A DNA stretch of 21,771 nucleotides, taken from assembly GCA_037439545.1 (NCBI GenBank), contig JBBIVV010000007.1, positions 4,388 to 26,158 of the forward strand. Reading direction: 5' to 3'. Every line of letters begins with the position of its first letter. The stretch's first letter is position 1. The translations under genes were made by a program, and so were the position numbers. The notes beneath the pieces are model-generated. The model was not told where the DNA came from. It was given only the letters and a program-made list of their open reading frames with translations, and searched no databases. This DNA comes from a bacterium. GTDB lineage: Bacteria > JAMCPX01. Shown here piece by piece: positions 16,577 through 21,771 of this stretch.

Positions 16577-17557
16577 TTATAGAAACCCGTTCTGAATATA
16601 CCAGTCTCTTGCATCTTCGATCATCTTTTGAAGCGGCAGCGAAACAAACCCGAGTTCCCTTTCCGCTTTTGAAGAATCATATTTCGGGAACAGGGACATG
16701 TACCTTGCCTGTCCGGGATTCAGATCCGGTTTTTTGTTCGTGAAGCCGGATACGAACTCCATTATGTAGCCGTAGGTGACGGTCATCCATGGCTGCATGG
16801 TGAACCGGGGCGCCTTACCATGGATCGACCGCGCTATTGCTTCAAATACGGTTTTGTAAGATTCGTTGATCCCGCCGCATATATACCTCTCTCCTGTCCT
16901 GCCTTTCTCCAATGCTGCACAATGCGCTTTTGCAACCTCATTGACATGTGCCCATGGAGCACCGCCGGGAAGCACTGCCGGTATCTTACCGTCCCTGATG
17001 TCCATGAAAAGCCTCCCGAACTGCAGAGTATGGTCGTACGGACCGACCATACTGCCTGGATTTATCACGACCACATCAAGTCCCTGTTTTACAAAAGAAA
17101 GCGCCAGAGCTTCTCCCTCGCGCTTTGTGTCTCCATAGTTGTATCCTTTGCCGGCATAATTGTATGTTTCCCAGTTTTCGTCAGCCAGACCGTCGGGATT
17201 ATAGCCGAGCGTATCCACCGTGCTTGTATGCACGACCCGTTCGACCTTCAGCTCAAGTGCGGAATTCATGACATTCTTAACCCCGTCGACGTTGGTTCTC
17301 CTCTGTCTTTCAAAAAGCTTTTTCCAGAAACTCGTATCACCGGCTGAATGTATGACCGCATCGACGCCGCTCATAGCGTTCCTGACAGCTTCTGCATCGG
17401 CGACATCGCCGAATACTATTTCGACATCAGGATGCCGGATGTATTTTATAGTGGAGCCCTGAAGCGTAAATGCCTTTACCTTCCACCCCTTCTGAAGACA
17501 GTTAAGGACGATATTAGTACCGAGGAACCCTGCAGCTCCTGTTACGAGTATCTTCAT
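16577..17557 (-). CDS. Extended SDR: NAD-dependent epimerase/dehydratase (HpnA/DFR/3beta-HSD-like)
   Basis: VTGAAGFLG, VIHSAG, VHTST, YGDTK (YxxxK), NPGSMVGP, SKAERELG. Start reassigned to ATG 17557 (MKILVTG; AAGGGA RBS). Confidence 0.9.
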   Translation of the reverse strand: MKILVTGAAGFLGTNIVLNCLQKGWKVKAFTLQGSTIKYIRHPDVEIVFGDVADAEAVRNAMSGVDAVIHSAGDTSFWKKLFERQRRTNVDGVKNVMNSALELKVERVVHTSTVDTLGYNPDGLADENWETYNYAGKGYNYGDTKREGEALALSFVKQGLDVVVINPGSMVGPYDHTLQFGRLFMDIRDGKIPAVLPGGAPWAHVNEVAKAHCAALEKGRTGERYICGGINESYKTVFEAIARSIHGKAPRFTMQPWMTVTYGYIMEFVSGFTNKKPDLNPGQARYMSLFPKYDSSKAERELGFVSLPLQKMIEDARDWYIQNGFL

Positions 17558-17664
17558 AATTTCCCTTATACATAAAACCATGAAAATTGCAATTTGTCCG
17601 GTACTCCATTTGTCTTGACATACTTTGATCAAATGTCCGATAAAAACATTTAAGGAGGAATGGG

Positions 17665-18399
17665 GTGATGCTTACAGAACAAGAGCTGAAACGCTATACG
17701 AGACAGATGATGATGGATGGATGGGGTGAAGCAACACAGCAGAAACTCAAAGCATCTACAGTTTTCGTTGCAGGTGCAGGAGGACTCGGTTCGCCTGTTT
17801 CGATTTATCTGTCCGTTGCGGGTATAGGACACATAGTAATCTGCGATTTCGATTCGCCTGACTTTTCAAATCTCAACCGCCAGATACTTCATGACCACAC
17901 AAGGATCGGGATAAACAAGGCTGTATCGGCAAAGATGACTCTCGAAAGGCTCAACCCGGATATAGAGATAACCTCAATTACCGATAAGATCGTAGAGGAC
18001 AATGTCGATAAGCTCGTGGGCAATGCAGGTATCATATTGGACTGTATGGACAACTTCCAGACGCGCTATATACTGAATGATTGCGCAATCAGAAAACACA
18101 TACCGTTGGTTTATGGCAGTATATGGGGTATAGAAGGAAGGCTGTCATTTATACATTCCCCTGAAACACCATGCTTAAGGTGTATTTTTGAAGAAGCCCC
18201 TCCCAAAGAAGTCTTTCCCGTACTCGGTGCAACACCCGGCGTAATAGGGTCACTTCAGGCACTTGAAGCCCTAAAATACCTTACCGGCATTGGAACGCCT
18301 CTCAAGAACAAACTGCTTGTGTGGGAAGGCGCAACGACACAGTTCAAAACATTTACTCTACAAAAAAACCCGGGGTGTTTAAGCTGCGGCAATAAATGA
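17665..18399 (+). CDS. ThiF/MoeB/HesA-family adenylyltransferase (E1-like)
   Basis: RYTRQ, GAGGLG, SNLNRQ, DCMDNF, Zn motifs CLRC and CLSC; AAGGAGG RBS (start GTG 17665 or ATG 17668). Confidence 0.92.
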   Translation: MMLTEQELKRYTRQMMMDGWGEATQQKLKASTVFVAGAGGLGSPVSIYLSVAGIGHIVICDFDSPDFSNLNRQILHDHTRIGINKAVSAKMTLERLNPDIEITSITDKIVEDNVDKLVGNAGIILDCMDNFQTRYILNDCAIRKHIPLVYGSIWGIEGRLSFIHSPETPCLRCIFEEAPPKEVFPVLGATPGVIGSLQALEALKYLTGIGTPLKNKLLVWEGATTQFKTFTLQKNPGCLSCGNK

Positions 18400-18413
18400 G
18401 ACACAGAGTTAGT

Positions 18414-19727
18414 TTATCCTGTCTTCTTTCCTTGTGACATAACGCCCATAAGGTGCCTGGCAAGACGCTTACCCAAACCAAGAATGGTAAATGTCGGAGG
18501 CAATCCCCATGCCTGAGGAATTACTGATGCATCGCACACATAGAGGTTCTCATATTCGGTTTGCAGGTTTTTATCGACGAGATGGCCTACCTTTATAGTT
18601 CCGCCCGGGTGAGCGGCCAAATACCATGATTTGTAAATATGCCTGGCTCCTGCATTTTTAAGTATGTTCTTTGCCCGTTGGTAGCCGTGATCCAGCCTCT
18701 TGTAGTCTACATCCGCCATTTTCTTTCTTACTCCGCCGTTATCAGTCAGCGAGCCTCCCAAAGAATCTTTTTCTTTGACCATAATAGAGAGGGTATGGGA
18801 ATGTGAAAAAATCCTGTCGAACCGGCCGACCTCAGCCGCGAACGCCATATTTAAGCCCAAGGGCAGCGTCATATCCGTCATGAAATAACCATCCTCCGTA
18901 AAGTGATGCCCGGCAGCCATGGGAATTTCCTTTCCGCCGTCGATATCCTTTATAGTCCCCATCACACTGATAAGCGGATCGAAGAAATAGTCAAAGCCTG
19001 CGCCCTTAATTCCGCTTGCCCTCAGGATCAGAGGGGAGCCAATACCTCCTGCTGCTATAATAATGCGAGGGGCGAAGGCATTATGCTCTTTCCCCTTTGC
19101 TTTAAATACAACGCCTGCTGCTTTTTTATTCTCGAAAATAACTCTTTGAACCTTGGTTCCACTGATCAAGAGTGCGCCTTCGGTTACCGCCTCTTCTACG
19201 AACATGCGGGCATTCCACTTTGCACCGTAAGGACAACCGTAGTTGCATCTATGACAATTAGACATGCATTTATCCTGGTATATGAACTTCGGCAATCTTT
19301 CCCATGGATAGCCCAGTTCCCTGGCACTATCCATTATTCTATGTGCCATGGGCCCGAAAAGCTCGTCCTTGAGAGGCATCACCGGAATTTCCCGCTTAAC
19401 CTCTTCTACCTCGCTGGAAATATCGATTCCGTACGAGCGTAACGTGTCCAAAGGCGGAGTAAATGCCGTAGCATAGTAGAATATGGAACTGCCGCCGACC
19501 GTGATCCCTCTCACCACGGCAAATAAATTGGGGGTAAACTGGATGCCCTTACCTGGCATACCAAGACGTTTTAACGCTTGAATCATAGTCCCTGTCGTTA
19601 CCGTGTTGTCACCCCACTCAAGCATGAGAACTTTTTTGTGGTTCCGCACCAATTCCCGTGCTACCGTTGCCCCTCCGGGTCCTGTTCCAACGACGATAGC
19701 GTCTAAATCATTCGGAAAGGATTCCAT
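18414..19727 (-). CDS. GMC-family FAD oxidoreductase
   Basis: VVGTGPGG, VGGSS, CMSNCHRCNYGCPYGAK, AAGGIGSP.IL..SG, AHPGGT, ENLYVCDASVIP...PPTFTI; GGAGGT RBS. Confidence 0.9.
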   Translation of the reverse strand: MESFPNDLDAIVVGTGPGGATVARELVRNHKKVLMLEWGDNTVTTGTMIQALKRLGMPGKGIQFTPNLFAVVRGITVGGSSIFYYATAFTPPLDTLRSYGIDISSEVEEVKREIPVMPLKDELFGPMAHRIMDSARELGYPWERLPKFIYQDKCMSNCHRCNYGCPYGAKWNARMFVEEAVTEGALLISGTKVQRVIFENKKAAGVVFKAKGKEHNAFAPRIIIAAGGIGSPLILRASGIKGAGFDYFFDPLISVMGTIKDIDGGKEIPMAAGHHFTEDGYFMTDMTLPLGLNMAFAAEVGRFDRIFSHSHTLSIMVKEKDSLGGSLTDNGGVRKKMADVDYKRLDHGYQRAKNILKNAGARHIYKSWYLAAHPGGTIKVGHLVDKNLQTEYENLYVCDASVIPQAWGLPPTFTILGLGKRLARHLMGVMSQGKKTG

Positions 19728-19794
19728 ATACCGTACCTCCTTCTTTCGCGCTTCTCGACAAGCTTTTTATCCGTATAGGTATTATTATTTTACG

Positions 19795-19810
19795 GAATGA
19801 CATGTCATTC
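19795..19810. promoter_or_regulatory. Putative TetR operator upstream of the GMC oxidoreductase
   Basis: Perfect 16-bp palindrome GAATGACATGTCATTC; the same core recurs at 21611-21626. Minus-strand TTGACA at 19838-19833. Confidence 0.8.
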
Positions 19811-19890
19811 TATTTAATGCAAAGCACGTAAATGTCAAGCGAAATCTATTGTTATGTTTGTTATTGAGAAATTATAGGATGTGTTTTTTT

Positions 19891-19916
19891 CAGGGGCGGT
19901 TCACGAACCGCCCCTG
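19891..19916. repeat. REP-like GC-rich palindrome
   Basis: CAGGGGCGGTTC-AC-GAACCGCCCCTG has perfect 12-bp arms and resembles GTAG-type REP palindromes. The adjacent T-run is on the wrong side for a terminator. Confidence 0.6.
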
Positions 19917-19934
19917 TAGGTAATTCGTTCACCT

Positions 19935-19963
19935 TTGACTTTTGGCTTTCTGCAATATATAGT
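19935..19963 (+). promoter_or_regulatory. Putative sigma70 promoter of the MNT-HEPN operon
   Basis: TTGACT (19935-40), 17-nt spacer, TATAGT (19958-63), ending 18 nt before the ATG. Confidence 0.6.
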
Positions 19964-19981
19964 TTATTTACAACGGTTTCT

Positions 19982-20416
19982 ATGGATATTATCGAGACAT
20001 TCAAAACATACTTCAAGGCACATGCGGAAAGCTATGGCATTAAACTGGCTTTTTTATACGGTTCTTATGCCCACCATAATGAAACACGACAATCGGATAT
20101 TGACATTGCCATCGCATTTAATAAGAATACGGCAAAAAACAAAAAAAGATTGCTTGAGATTATTACCGATATATCCATTGCCACAGGCAGGCTCACGGGG
20201 AAGGATGTCGAGATTATCCACATCGATGATGATTTCAGCAGGCCCATGCTCTATTATAACGCCATAATACACGGCAAACCTCTGTTCGTAAGCGAAATTA
20301 ACTGCCATATTGACTATGTACTCAGGGCTATCCACGAGATGGAAGACTTCAGCAGATTGGGCACACAGTGGCAGGTTGAAGTGGCGAACAAGCTCTTGCG
20401 GAGAATAGCATCGTGA
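19982..20416 (+). CDS. Minimal nucleotidyltransferase (MNT/MntA-type antitoxin)
   Basis: FLYGSYA...SDIDIA (GS-x10-DxD), later DVEII; 144 aa; overlaps a HEPN gene. Confidence 0.88.
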   Translation: MDIIETFKTYFKAHAESYGIKLAFLYGSYAHHNETRQSDIDIAIAFNKNTAKNKKRLLEIITDISIATGRLTGKDVEIIHIDDDFSRPMLYYNAIIHGKPLFVSEINCHIDYVLRAIHEMEDFSRLGTQWQVEVANKLLRRIAS

Positions 20417-20856
20417 CGACCGATTTCACTTACTCGAAGGGCAGAATACTTTCATCGGTGAATTTTGTCCTCAAAGAAATGGACGACTTCAACACATACT
20501 TTTCTCACATTACATGGAAGAATTATAGCGCACTGGAGCCTTTGAAACTCAAAGCCCTTGAAAAAACCGTCGAAAACATTCTCACGGCTCTCATAGAAAT
20601 CTCGGGAGCGATAGTCGTCGAGGAGGAACAGCAGGTCGAAGACTATGCAACTATTATAGAGCAGGCATGCCGGATCCTCGGCATGAACAAGAATGATGCT
20701 TCCCGGATGGCAAAGCTTGCCAGACAGAGAAACAGATTGGCACACCGGTATCTCGACCTCAAATGGGAAGCTATAAAGAGTTATATGGATACCCGGCATT
20801 CGATACAACATTTTCTTCAGTTAGCGACAAACAGAGAAGAAAAGAAACTGCATTAA
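20413..20856 (+). CDS. HEPN/DUF86 (HepT-type) RNase toxin
   Basis: RNRLAHRY fits R-x4-H-x-Y; GTGA overlap with the MNT gene; 147 aa. Confidence 0.88.
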   Translation: MTTDFTYSKGRILSSVNFVLKEMDDFNTYFSHITWKNYSALEPLKLKALEKTVENILTALIEISGAIVVEEEQQVEDYATIIEQACRILGMNKNDASRMAKLARQRNRLAHRYLDLKWEAIKSYMDTRHSIQHFLQLATNREEKKLH

Positions 20857-20942
20857 TCCTTCGAAATATAAGTTCCGCATTCTGATTTATGCATATAACT
20901 ATTTGCGTCGATAAAACCTGATATTTTTGTTCTTGCCGATGC

Positions 20943-21590
20943 TTACGAGGACTGAAGATCTGCGTTTACCCGCTTATAGATCCCCCGTGTCACCAGATCC
21001 AGAATTGTCTTACTCCATGCCTGAGCAGATTTATTCCAGTCCTTTTCCTTTAAAGTAAAAATCCTTCTGATAGCCTCGAAAACCATAGCATTGATCACGA
21101 GGGCAGTTTCTTGAACGGGTGTATCCTTTCTTAAAAAGCCTTTTTGAATACCGTTTTGCAGGTACTGAGCATTATACTCTTCCAGTGTATGAGAGAAATT
21201 TTCAATCCTTTTATACGTCCGCTTGTCTTGTCTGCTTATACTGATAGCCTCGAAATAAAATATGACATTGGCAAGTTCCCTGTTCTCGGCAAAAAAATGA
21301 AAAAGGCTCCATCCGATCCTCGCCATCTGCTTATAATAATCGTCGATGGTAACCGCAACGCATGGATCTTCGGACTTTATTATTTCAGAAATACCGGAAA
21401 CGACAAAATTCAACAATTGATCGAACAGGTGGTGTTTATTCTTGAAATATCTGTAGATGGTTCCGTGGCCTACTCCGAGTTTCTCTGCAATATCCGAGAT
21501 TCGAGTGTTGTAGTAGCCTTTTTCTGCAAAAACCTTACTTGCGGTAAGGAGTATGGTTTTTCTGTGCTCTTCCATGATTTTTTTATTCAT
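20943..21590 (-). CDS. TetR/AcrR-family transcriptional regulator
   Basis: HTH segment ILLTASKVFAEKGYYNTRISDIAEKLGVGHGTIYRYFKNKHHL; 215 aa. Confidence 0.95.
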   Translation of the reverse strand: MNKKIMEEHRKTILLTASKVFAEKGYYNTRISDIAEKLGVGHGTIYRYFKNKHHLFDQLLNFVVSGISEIIKSEDPCVAVTIDDYYKQMARIGWSLFHFFAENRELANVIFYFEAISISRQDKRTYKRIENFSHTLEEYNAQYLQNGIQKGFLRKDTPVQETALVINAMVFEAIRRIFTLKEKDWNKSAQAWSKTILDLVTRGIYKRVNADLQSS

Positions 21591-21606
21591 TTATTAAGTG
21601 TCCCTT

Positions 21607-21630
21607 TAGAGAATGACGTGTCATTCTCTA
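21607..21630. promoter_or_regulatory. Putative autoregulatory TetR operator
   Basis: TAGAGAATGAC-GT-GTCATTCTCTA has 11-bp arms and lies 16 nt upstream of the tetR ATG. Minus-strand TTGACG at 21655-21650. Confidence 0.85.
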
Positions 21631-21771
21631 TGATATAAATAAACTTTTACGTCAAGTAAAACCATAAACTGAAAACATTCATGAACGGTAATTAACATTA
21701 AACCGCCATAGTGAGCAGGTGCTGGGATTGCTCTGTAATTTTTATGCATTTTACCTGACCTATCCATTCAT

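Noticed and set aside
17558..17632. 25-aa N-terminal extension of the SDR ORF
   Set aside because: The Rossmann motif starts at MKILVTG (17557) with an RBS; the extension lies in the divergent promoter region.
18397..18460. Selenocysteine read-through of the ThiF TGA stop
   Set aside because: The protein is complete after the second Zn motif, and read-through would run into the convergent GMC gene.
19884..19916. Rho-independent terminator
   Set aside because: The T-run precedes the hairpin on the plus strand and reads as an A-run on the minus strand, and no gene ends here; recorded as REP-like instead.
16820..21638. Plus-strand ORFs 16820-17347, 18903-19442 and 21144-21638
   Set aside because: Each is antisense to a well-supported gene (SDR, GMC, TetR) and has no motifs.

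Overview
Bacterial chromosomal window, probably a deltaproteobacterial-type lineage (inferred from gene content). Left to right: (i) a minus-strand short-chain acyl-CoA operon (hbd, crt, and the first codons of an acyl-CoA dehydrogenase); (ii) an orphan IPT/TIG plus beta-propeller lipoprotein; (iii) a tightly packed plus-strand run of mnmA, membrane-anchored rhodanese, MauE/DoxX protein, RomY-like protein, split transketolase, ftsE, ftsX and a saccharopine-dehydrogenase-like oxidoreductase; (iv) a ~240-bp MITE-like intergenic element; (v) a six-gene minus-strand lipid/sterol-type catabolic operon (extended SDR, SCP2 protein, acyl-CoA dehydrogenase with atypical active-site motifs, CoA ligase, 2x[4Fe-4S] nitroreductase, SCP2-type thiolase); (vi) an orphan ThiF/MoeB enzyme; (vii) a GMC oxidoreductase and a TetR regulator, each preceded by the palindrome GAATGAC-NN-GTCATTC and separated by an MNT-HEPN toxin-antitoxin pair and a REP-like hairpin. 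I saw no rRNA, tRNA, CRISPR array or transposase. All family calls rest on motif recognition by eye; no database search was run.
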